From Luteolibacter sp. (GTDB lineage Bacteria; Verrucomicrobiota; Verrucomicrobiia; Verrucomicrobiales; Akkermansiaceae): a stretch of 37,050 bases of DNA. The DNA is taken from contig JBIKNX010000001.1 in the NCBI GenBank assembly GCA_044358435.1, forward strand, positions 1 to 37,050. Reading direction: 5' to 3'. Shown here one piece after another: positions 28,767 through 37,050 of the stretch. The position numbers were made by a program, and so were the translations under genes. Under the pieces are notes generated by a model. The model was not told the DNA's origin and ran no database searches. It saw only the letters and a list, made by a program, of their open reading frames with translations. Each line of letters starts with the position of its first letter. Positions within the stretch are counted from its first letter, which is position 1.

Positions 28767-30659
28767 GTGTCCACCCTTCTCTCCGCCAACGAAATCCGCC
28801 TGTCATACTCTTATCAGAATCTTCTCGATGGGGTGACGCTGGCGGTGGCGTCCGGGGAAAAGGTCGGTTTGGTCGGGCGCAACGGTTGCGGGAAAACTTC
28901 TCTGCTCAAAATTCTGACCGGTGAGCAGCAGGCGGATTCCGGGGATCTCTCACTGCGCCGTGGGATCCGCACCGGATATTTGCCACAGGAGTTCGAGCTC
29001 GATCCCGAACTCTCGGTTCACGAAAACATCGCGGCCGGAGCCGCCGATATCGTGGAGGCAATGCGGCGTTACGAAAACGGCGATGGCACGGAAACGGAAC
29101 TTCAGGGATTTCTCGAACTGCTCGACCACACCGATGGTTGGAACCTGGACTCACGCATCATTTCGCTTTCCAACGCACTCGGCACGCCTCCTCTCGATGC
29201 GCCGACGGGTCCACTTTCCGGCGGTGAAAAACGCCGGGTCGCGCTCTGCCGGGCGCTTGCCTGCCAGCCGGATCTTCTTCTGTTAGACGAGCCGACGAAC
29301 CATCTCGATGCCGAGTCCATCCGTTGGTTGGAGGATGTGTTGAAAAGCTTTGCCGGTGCGGTGATCTTCGTGACTCACGACCGCTATTTCCTCGATGTCA
29401 TCGCCACCCGCATCATTGAGATCGATAACGGCCGCGCCTATTCCCATGCGGGAAACTACACGGCGTATCTGGAGAGCAAGGCCATCCGACAGCAGATCGC
29501 CGAGCAATCCGAGCGCCGCCGACAGCGTTTTTTACGCACCGAGCTCGAATGGGTGCGGGCCGGTGTGAAAGCCCGGGGAACCAAACAACGCACGAGGCTC
29601 GATGCGTTTTATGAAATCGAGGGTATGGAAGCGCCGCCTGAGGAGCGGGAGATGGATTTGCTTTTGCCCCCGGCATCGGATTTGGGAAATGTGGTGATCG
29701 AGCTTGAACAGGCGGGCGTCAACGTCGGCACGGAGAAACATCCGCGTTGGTTGTTCCGGCATCTCGATCTCTCGATCCGTCCGGGAACCTGCACGGGGAT
29801 CGTCGGTAAAAACGGGGTCGGCAAAACCACCTTGCTCAAGCTCTGCCTCAACCAGCTCGATCCCACCGAAGGCACGGCGGTTCTCGGGAAGCGCGTGAAA
29901 ATCAATTACATCGACCAATCAAGGATGCAGCTCGACGGAACGGGTTCGCTCTTGGATGAAATTTCCGATGGCAATGAGAAAGTCCAGTTCGGCAATGAAA
30001 CTCTCGGCGCGCGCGCTTATCTCCGACGCTTCCTTTTCAACAACGAACGCATCAACGAACGCGTCGATCTCCTCTCCGGTGGCGAACGCGCCCGCCTGAT
30101 GCTCGCCAAGGTTTTAAAAACTGGCGGCAACCTCATCATTCTCGACGAGCCGACCAACGATCTTGATCTGCCATCGCTGCGCATGTTGGAGGAGGCACTC
30201 TCGAGTTTCGGTGGAAGCATTCTCTGCGTCTCCCACGATCGGTATTTCCTGGACCGGATATGCGACCAGATCATCGCGTTCGAAGACGATGGCATCCACG
30301 TCACTCCCGGGAACTATTCGTATTACCTGGAAAAACGCCAGCAGCGCGAGGCGGCACAGAAGGCCCAAGCGCAGGCATTCAAAGCGCTCCAGTCCCATAA
30401 GCCGGCGGGGCGCCAAGACAAGCCCAGAAAGCTTTCCCAGAAAGAGCGCGCGGAGTTGGAGACGATTGAGGATAGGATTTTCGCCGCGGAGGATGAGGTT
30501 TTATCGATCGAATCACGCATCAACGATACGGAGTTTCAGCTGAATCATTACGAAAAAATTCCCGGCGAGATGGAGAAGCTCGAAGCCGCCCGCGCGGCGA
30601 CGCTTGCCCTCTACGCCAGATGGGACGAACTGCAGGCGATTGCGGATGCGGAAGTCTGA
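28767..30659 (+). CDS. ABC-F family ATPase (Uup/EttA-like)
   Basis: Two NBDs (GRNGCGKT, LSGGE, LLLDEPTNHLD; GKNGVGKT, LSGGE, DEPTNDLD), no TM segments, Uup-like coiled-coil tail. Confidence 0.94.
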   Translation: MSTLLSANEIRLSYSYQNLLDGVTLAVASGEKVGLVGRNGCGKTSLLKILTGEQQADSGDLSLRRGIRTGYLPQEFELDPELSVHENIAAGAADIVEAMRRYENGDGTETELQGFLELLDHTDGWNLDSRIISLSNALGTPPLDAPTGPLSGGEKRRVALCRALACQPDLLLLDEPTNHLDAESIRWLEDVLKSFAGAVIFVTHDRYFLDVIATRIIEIDNGRAYSHAGNYTAYLESKAIRQQIAEQSERRRQRFLRTELEWVRAGVKARGTKQRTRLDAFYEIEGMEAPPEEREMDLLLPPASDLGNVVIELEQAGVNVGTEKHPRWLFRHLDLSIRPGTCTGIVGKNGVGKTTLLKLCLNQLDPTEGTAVLGKRVKINYIDQSRMQLDGTGSLLDEISDGNEKVQFGNETLGARAYLRRFLFNNERINERVDLLSGGERARLMLAKVLKTGGNLIILDEPTNDLDLPSLRMLEEALSSFGGSILCVSHDRYFLDRICDQIIAFEDDGIHVTPGNYSYYLEKRQQREAAQKAQAQAFKALQSHKPAGRQDKPRKLSQKERAELETIEDRIFAAEDEVLSIESRINDTEFQLNHYEKIPGEMEKLEAARAATLALYARWDELQAIADAEV

Positions 30660-30765
30660 CCGCTGTGGCGAGTGGATGGTGGTTCAAACATGTCGTGTTT
30701 GGTAGCCAGTTGGGCCTTGAATTCTTTTGCTGGATTTCCCGTTTTGATTTGTGAGGGTGTGTTTC

Positions 30766-31467
30766 ATGAAACCGCATCCCGTTCTCCTCGCACTCTTCCT
30801 CGCTGGCATCGCACACGCCCAGGATCTCTCTCCGCTGTCCGATTTGATGAAAACGGCCTGGCCGAAAAACCGCACGATCCGGATCGTGTTTCATGGTCAC
30901 AGTGTCCCTGCGGGATTTCATAAGACACCCGAGGTAAAGCCGTTTGAATCGTATCCGCATCTGGTGAATCGGAAGCTGAAGGAACAATATCCGTTTGCGG
31001 TGCTCAATGTGATAACGACCGCGATCGGTGGTGAGAATTCGATATCGGGCGCCGCGCGTTTCGAGAATGACGTGCTGAGTTTGAAGCCGGATCTGGTCCT
31101 CATGGATTACGCCCTCAACGATCGCAGGCTTCCTTTCGACAAGATGGAGAAGGCATGGTTGGAAATGATTGCTGCCGCGAAAAAGGCGAATGTGCCGGTG
31201 GTGCTGATCACCCCGACGGGAGATTCATCCGCGAACCTTTCCGATCCCGATGATGCGTTGTGCCAGCGTGCGGCATTCATCCGTAAAATCGCCATGGACC
31301 AGAAATGCGTCCTCGCCGATGTATTCGCGGCATGGGTTGCCGAAGTGGGGAGGGGAACGCCGCAAACCGATTTGCTCAGCCAGGTGAACCACCCGAATTT
31401 GAAAGGTCACGAACTTGCGGCGGCAGCGATTTTCAAGGCACTTCAGGATGCGGGACTGAAGAAATGA
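30766..31467 (+). CDS. Exported SGNH/GDSL hydrolase
   Basis: Signal peptide; FHGHSV, IGGENS, YALND and VNHPN blocks. Confidence 0.88.
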   Translation: MKPHPVLLALFLAGIAHAQDLSPLSDLMKTAWPKNRTIRIVFHGHSVPAGFHKTPEVKPFESYPHLVNRKLKEQYPFAVLNVITTAIGGENSISGAARFENDVLSLKPDLVLMDYALNDRRLPFDKMEKAWLEMIAAAKKANVPVVLITPTGDSSANLSDPDDALCQRAAFIRKIAMDQKCVLADVFAAWVAEVGRGTPQTDLLSQVNHPNLKGHELAAAAIFKALQDAGLKK

Positions 31468-31613
31468 TCGGACTGGAACACTGGTAATGTGATGCCGTGA
31501 AAGTTTATGCGTTTGATTTTCGGATTCCGGGATAAAACCCCAATCCACTTCATACTCGGAAAGAAAAGTCTCGGCTCCCCGATCGCGCTGTCAGGCTACG
31601 AAGGCCGCGCATG

Positions 31614-34007
31614 CTACTTTTTAATTCGGATGAGTTCCGGAGTTTCGGTCGATGCTTCGATGGCGGCGATAGCATCACGGACGTCCTTTTCCTTCTGAAG
31701 GCTCAGATTTTTTGGGAAGGCCTTCTCACCTTTCGAAAATGTATCCGCTAGCTGGGTGAGTGCGGGAATGGTTGGCTTCGCATGAGTTCCATATGATATT
31801 AGGATTTTCAAGATTACTCCCGTACGAATCTGACTCGCCCATGGGTTCTGATTGCCCACATAGTCCACGCAAGCTTGGATTCCTTCCTCGACATGATGGG
31901 TTGCCAAGACTTGGAGTCCGGCGATACGAACTTCGTCAGCAAACATTTCACCACTGGGTGAGGGGACAGCTGCTGCTTGGAAAATCGCTGGCAGGAGGGG
32001 TTGGATTTCTTCACTGGAAAGCTTTTTATAAATCGATGAAATGCTGCCGCGTGCCCGACCGTCTTCGTTTTTCAAGCCGGCTTTGATAGCCGTTGCCAGT
32101 TTCTGACGATCCAAACCATCGAGAGGGTTTCTGAGCATTTCTCCGAACACGATTGATGAAATGAAACGCTGTTCCATGCCGCGCGGATCTTCTTTGGTGG
32201 GTCCTTTGGCGATGATTTCCAGTAATTCTGGTAATGCGACCATAGCGGGTTTGCCGATATTGGCCAGTGACTCAGTCGCTTTCACCCGCATCCATAAATC
32301 TTTATCTTTTAGTGCTAATTGAAGTGCGGGAATCGCAGGCTCAGCTTTTCCTTTGAGGTAACCGAGAGCGACACAAGCGCCAAGGCGGGTGTTGAGATTT
32401 TCTGATTTCAACATTTCAACCAAAGTGGAAATCGGAGTGTCTTTTTTTCTGTTGAGTGCCATCGCGGCACGGTCTCTAACAACGGGTGACCAGCTAGATA
32501 GCTTTTCTAAAAGCTCATCCCCATCCATCTGATCATAAGCGCTGTTACGATCTTTGTTGTTCCAACCGCGGCCATCAATTACGATGCTTTTCGCTTCGGT
32601 AGCGTTGAGTTGCTTGACTTTATTCGGGTGCTTACCTGTCAAGTAGGTTTGCTTTAAAGGCATTGCGTAGGCGAGTAGGAAAGCTCCAGTTGAATCCCAG
32701 CCTTTGGTGGAGTCTCCTTTTGGTTCAGGTGGTCCTTGATGGGGGAATGCGAAGTTTGAATTACGCGCTAAGTCGAAATACCATCTGCCAAATTCTTCCA
32801 TCCACGCACCCGTTGCTTGCGGGCCGGATTGGACAATGCCTGGGATGGCCCAAGTCATGTTCCAGAAATTACCCGTGTGACCGGTGTCGCGTTCCATGCC
32901 GTGACAGGCAAGGCTCATACGCGAAAAGTATTCAGAGGCTTCATGATCATCCAATAAACCAAACAAGACCGCCGCCATACCGTTTTTACCATTATCATCA
33001 TGATTTTGTATCCATGCGTCATGGTCGCCATAGGGGATGGAACCTTTGCCGGTATAAAAGCGAAGCAATTTTGTGCTGCGATCGATGGCGAGGTCGATCG
33101 CTGGATCCTTGAGGCCGGCGTTGCGTGCCAAGACAAGTGAAGTTGTTAGAGGGACTCCGGGTGCGTTCATCATGCCGTAACCAAAGAGTCCACCATCGGG
33201 CCTTGCGAATTTATGGCCCCATGAGCCAACGTTGCTCTGACCTTTCGCCGCTTCCATGGCAATACGGGTCAAGCCAGGCATGATGGATTCGTCACCTGTG
33301 ACTATTTTGTAATCGGAGAGGAATGACAGGACATAACCATAATACCAGGTTTGCATTCCATCGTTTGAGAAACCTGCGGCCCACTCCGCTTCTTTTTTCA
33401 CCATGGGCAGATATTTTGGATTTCCGCTGGCTAACAGGGCATGAGCGTTAAGTGCGCGGGTCACAGGGCTTTGGGTTCGGTCATAACCGGCTGTCTCCAT
33501 GCGCTTTGCCAAAGCTTCGCAGCCGGTTTCCAGAATGCGTTTAGATTTCGGACAGTTGAATGGAGCTGTTGCGCTGTAGTCTCCGAGGACGGGAATTTTG
33601 ACGATAACTTCTTCGGTTTTTCCATCGCGCCATCGGGTTAATTTCAATGCTCCTTTGCCGGCATCGGATTCAGCGGTGGTGAGGGCCTTGCCAAATTCTG
33701 TGCGTGGATCGTAAGAAAACGGTTTACCCGCCATACCGAGAATGACATCGCCTTTTTGAAGAACTCCTGCGGCTGGTGAGTCGGGTGAGACTTCGACAAT
33801 GGCGATTTGCCGAGCATCGATCGTGGTGAGTTTATCGCAAAACATCCAGCCTCGCGCGCCTGTGGCACCTAATGTCCAGTAATGATTCGATTCTGCGGGA
33901 ATTTGTTCTCCTTTGGTCAGGTCGATATTTTTCAAAGCCACTTTGGGTCCGGCGGCGAAAGTGAGTCCACTGAGAAGGATGCCGAGTAAAAATGGATTGG
34001 GTTTCAT
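31614..34007 (-). CDS. Exported DUF6288-type protein (PDZ-like, helical barrel, HEAT repeats); intact paralog of 13649-17251
   Basis: Signal peptide; SPAAGVLQKGDVI; VIVKIPVLG...NCPKS, DNGKNG and GHTG motifs shared with the paralog; HEAT-like repeats such as AIPALQLALKDKDLWMRVKA. Confidence 0.82.
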   Translation of the reverse strand: MKPNPFLLGILLSGLTFAAGPKVALKNIDLTKGEQIPAESNHYWTLGATGARGWMFCDKLTTIDARQIAIVEVSPDSPAAGVLQKGDVILGMAGKPFSYDPRTEFGKALTTAESDAGKGALKLTRWRDGKTEEVIVKIPVLGDYSATAPFNCPKSKRILETGCEALAKRMETAGYDRTQSPVTRALNAHALLASGNPKYLPMVKKEAEWAAGFSNDGMQTWYYGYVLSFLSDYKIVTGDESIMPGLTRIAMEAAKGQSNVGSWGHKFARPDGGLFGYGMMNAPGVPLTTSLVLARNAGLKDPAIDLAIDRSTKLLRFYTGKGSIPYGDHDAWIQNHDDNGKNGMAAVLFGLLDDHEASEYFSRMSLACHGMERDTGHTGNFWNMTWAIPGIVQSGPQATGAWMEEFGRWYFDLARNSNFAFPHQGPPEPKGDSTKGWDSTGAFLLAYAMPLKQTYLTGKHPNKVKQLNATEAKSIVIDGRGWNNKDRNSAYDQMDGDELLEKLSSWSPVVRDRAAMALNRKKDTPISTLVEMLKSENLNTRLGACVALGYLKGKAEPAIPALQLALKDKDLWMRVKATESLANIGKPAMVALPELLEIIAKGPTKEDPRGMEQRFISSIVFGEMLRNPLDGLDRQKLATAIKAGLKNEDGRARGSISSIYKKLSSEEIQPLLPAIFQAAAVPSPSGEMFADEVRIAGLQVLATHHVEEGIQACVDYVGNQNPWASQIRTGVILKILISYGTHAKPTIPALTQLADTFSKGEKAFPKNLSLQKEKDVRDAIAAIEASTETPELIRIKK

Positions 34008-34159
34008 AAGGTTGGACAGATCCTATGATGAATTTCCGATATCCAGCGAGAGGAAAGATTCAGCGCCCTCCTGTCATGTGAAAGGGGCTCAATATCCGGC
34101 TTGAGTCTCCAATTCTGGGGATTTATCGACTAAAAGGCCCAAATGCCCTTATCACGATT

Positions 34160-36772
34160 CTACTCCTGAGACACCACATCAGGCTCGACCCAGTGTTTCA
34201 CGAAATCCTGCCAATTTTGCTTCCATGATATCCGGTCATGGGATGCCCAAGCAATGTGGGCTTTGTGAAAAGAGGCGCCGGCGAGAGGGAGATTCCGGTT
34301 TTGAAGATTTCGATCCGCCAGCATGGGGTCTGTCATGGGAGGCGTGGCTTGCAACAGCTGATCGACCAATGCGGAGAATTTTTCGGCGACAAAGTGCGGA
34401 GTGCCTTCGCTTTTCTTGCGATGAAGCGAGCGCGGGGTTTTGTATTCGATCACCGGTCTGTCGTCGGTATTGACGGGGTAGCTTTCGAACAAATTCCGCG
34501 ATGCGCTCACATTGCCACAGTAGAACAAGAGGATGGTTTGCTCATTCATGGGTAAGAACAAATTTTGGATATCCGTGTATTCGGCGCCCTGGACAGCCTG
34601 TTGTTTGTCATTTTTAACATCGAGATCACAAGCGGGTAGCGGGGACTGGTTGCGGTGGCCGACCAGAGCGACGATTTCCGAGCCGGGCTGGAAGTTGTGG
34701 CGCCACAACGTGACTTGGTCGAAGGCTTGCAACATGGTTCGGGTGATGACGCCGAATTCATATTCCGAGACCTGATAAAGCGGCAACCATTGCACGAACA
34801 CGCCGCCCGGATTGAGATGTCTTTTTGCGGATTGAAAATGCTCCAGGCTGTAGAGGCTTCCCGTGCCGCGCTGATAGGGCAGAAACAGGTCGGCATTGAT
34901 CATGTCGAATTTTTCTTCGGTAGCCATCAGATGATTTCTTCCGTCCTCGACCAATACCCTTGCTCTGGGGTCGTTGAACAAGCCATGGGTGTGATCGATT
35001 CCATCGATTTTTCCGGTGAAATATTTTTTGGAAGCGGTCACGACATCTGGCGAGAGTTCACAGACCACGACCTTGTGGATGTTTTTGAAATCCTCCTTGT
35101 TCAACGCTTCGCCCGCCGTCGCGCCGGTACCCATTCCGAGGTAGAAGACACTTCCGGTTTTCGGATATGCAAGGAGTGGAATCCGGGTCTGGAAAATTTG
35201 GGACATGGCCGAAGCGCTTGAGCCGAGGCTGTAGCTGGAATTGATTTTGATGGAGTGTCCGCCGATGTCGGTTTTTACCACGGAAACGGTATTGTCGCTG
35301 GCCTCCCAGACTTCCACAAGGGTCTCCGGTGCCGCGCCGGGGATGGTTCCCGTGACAGGAAGCTTTGCGGGGCTGAGGATCGTAAAACAAATGACAAGCA
35401 TGAAGGCGGTGAGGGTTTTCGTCGCGCCGTTGAGGGCGCTTTTTCCAAGCGGCATGATCAAAGCGACAAGGAAATAGGTTGCGGCGATCATCTGAACCGA
35501 GCGCCACATGCCCAGATATCTGAGCATGACAAAGCCACAGACCAGCGAGCCAAAAATCGCTCCCAAGGTGTTGATCGCGGAGAGAATGCCGATGCTTTTC
35601 CCCGGCTGATCCGTGAAGCGTTCTTCGCTTTTCATCAGAAACGGGAAAACCGTTCCGAGAATGAAGCACGGTATGCCGACGGCCGTAAAACCCGTTCTGA
35701 AAAGATTCCATACATAACTTCCGAACGACATATCGGTCGCAATCATCCGCAGTTTATCGGTGATGGAGAAAAAGATGGAGGGTGAAATACAGACACTGAT
35801 ACCGCTGAAGATCATCAGGAAAAACAGCGTCTTGAGAGGATGTGCGCTACGCTTCGCCAACCACGATGCCAATAGCGCCCCGACAGCGAGCGAGATCAGG
35901 ACCACGATCAGAACCGCGGAAAAGCTGTAGACCGAGTTTTCATGAACTTGCGCAAACATCCGGGTCCACAGCACCTCGAGCGCGAGCACGTTGAAGCCTG
36001 AAATAAAGGCAAGTGCGTAGATTGCGGATCGCGATGCGGCTGGGTTTTTTTCGATGGGCGTCTCGCCGATATCCTTTTTCCTCCGAAACGATTTTCCTGA
36101 TGAATTCTCTTTTTCATCCGGGACTTTGGCCGGTGCCTCCGCGGGCGCGGGTTCGGGCTTGCGCGCAAGAAAAAATGAGACCGCGGCGATGAACATGGAA
36201 ATGAAAATTCCCAGAAAGCAGGTCTGTTTGAAGCCTAACAGAACGATGAAATAAAAGCCGGTCAGGAATGCTCCGAGAGCGGCGCCGACCGTATTGATCC
36301 CGTAGATTTTTGCAGACGTTGTTCCGAAGGTATTCCGGTTCCTGATGAGAAATTGTCCCAGGACGGGGATGGTTCCTCCCATCAGAAACGAGGCGGGAAA
36401 AACCATCAGCCAAGTCAACAGGCATTTTAGGACAAGCAGATTTCCTCCCGGCCCGACCGCCTGATAAATGATTGGGTAGATGTCATGGAAGTGGTTCAGG
36501 ATGAGTAAGAAGAAAATCCCGCAAATGCCGATCCCGATCTCCAGCCATGCGTAAGTCCGCAAAAGTCCGGGCAGACGTTCGCATCGGTTTCCCCAAAACC
36601 AGCTTCCGCTGGCGAGTCCGAGAAAAAACACCCCGAGGGTGATGGCTGCGGCGTGCGAGGTGTTTCCCAACAGCAAGCCCAGCTGTCTCATCCACAGAAT
36701 CTGGTAGAGCAACCCGGCAAAACCTGAGAAGAACACCATCACATAAAAAACGCCGCGCTTTGAAATACTCAT
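34160..36772 (-). CDS. Fused membrane (MFS-like) / spermidine-synthase-like protein
   Basis: SGFAGLLYQILW and NTVGAALG repeated in two TM halves; LGMGTG, ELSPDV, DGRNHL and QWLP in the C-terminal domain. Confidence 0.88.
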   Translation of the reverse strand: MSISKRGVFYVMVFFSGFAGLLYQILWMRQLGLLLGNTSHAAAITLGVFFLGLASGSWFWGNRCERLPGLLRTYAWLEIGIGICGIFFLLILNHFHDIYPIIYQAVGPGGNLLVLKCLLTWLMVFPASFLMGGTIPVLGQFLIRNRNTFGTTSAKIYGINTVGAALGAFLTGFYFIVLLGFKQTCFLGIFISMFIAAVSFFLARKPEPAPAEAPAKVPDEKENSSGKSFRRKKDIGETPIEKNPAASRSAIYALAFISGFNVLALEVLWTRMFAQVHENSVYSFSAVLIVVLISLAVGALLASWLAKRSAHPLKTLFFLMIFSGISVCISPSIFFSITDKLRMIATDMSFGSYVWNLFRTGFTAVGIPCFILGTVFPFLMKSEERFTDQPGKSIGILSAINTLGAIFGSLVCGFVMLRYLGMWRSVQMIAATYFLVALIMPLGKSALNGATKTLTAFMLVICFTILSPAKLPVTGTIPGAAPETLVEVWEASDNTVSVVKTDIGGHSIKINSSYSLGSSASAMSQIFQTRIPLLAYPKTGSVFYLGMGTGATAGEALNKEDFKNIHKVVVCELSPDVVTASKKYFTGKIDGIDHTHGLFNDPRARVLVEDGRNHLMATEEKFDMINADLFLPYQRGTGSLYSLEHFQSAKRHLNPGGVFVQWLPLYQVSEYEFGVITRTMLQAFDQVTLWRHNFQPGSEIVALVGHRNQSPLPACDLDVKNDKQQAVQGAEYTDIQNLFLPMNEQTILLFYCGNVSASRNLFESYPVNTDDRPVIEYKTPRSLHRKKSEGTPHFVAEKFSALVDQLLQATPPMTDPMLADRNLQNRNLPLAGASFHKAHIAWASHDRISWKQNWQDFVKHWVEPDVVSQE

Positions 36773-37050
36773 CGTTTGCTGATTGCTGGAGACGGATCTT
36801 CCTATCCGCCCATGCCAAGCCTGCAAAGGAAATTAAGGCTTCCGCCGTTGTTGCAGGGTTTTGAGCGAGACGCGCGGACGAAGCATGTGGACTCCGTAAA
36901 TCCAACCCACCAACGAGCCTCCCAAGTGGCAGGCATGATCCTAAAGAGGAAAATGGAAATCTGGTCATCACGGGCTAAGTATTGTAACTACGGGGAATGG
37001 ATACCTCAAAGTCGCCGATTTCTCTTCACCCAAAAGGTGAGTTAGAAAAT

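Noticed and set aside
36776-37045. 89-aa ORF at the window end
   Set aside because: No motifs or coding signal; more likely the upstream region of the spermidine-synthase-like gene.

Overview
GC-rich bacterial chromosomal window. Gene content and style suggest Verrucomicrobia (inference). It holds about 28 genes, mostly housekeeping: carA, purA, uppS, pssA, cbpA-cbpM, ppc, prs, tsaB, an ABC-F ATPase, a KamA-family radical SAM enzyme, a histone-deacetylase-family protein and an EPS priming transferase plus O-antigen ligase. I saw no rRNA, tRNA, CRISPR array or classical transposase. Three things stand out. (1) A GxxExxY PD-(D/E)xK nuclease gene sits between carA and purA, exactly bracketed by 32-bp inverted repeats built from 10-nt tandem units. 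These repeats supply carA's stop codon and the nuclease's own start and stop codons. Three gene-less elements with the same AACCRCRRA termini occur elsewhere in the window, suggesting an autonomous/non-autonomous mobile family. (2) Two adjacent co-oriented genes, a 1200-codon DUF6288-type protein and a SASA esterase, are each interrupted by one in-frame TAG followed closely by AAAGGA and are otherwise intact. (3) Many genes have a -10-like hexamer only 6-8 nt before the start codon, suggesting leaderless mRNAs. All family assignments come from motif recognition by eye; no database searches were run.
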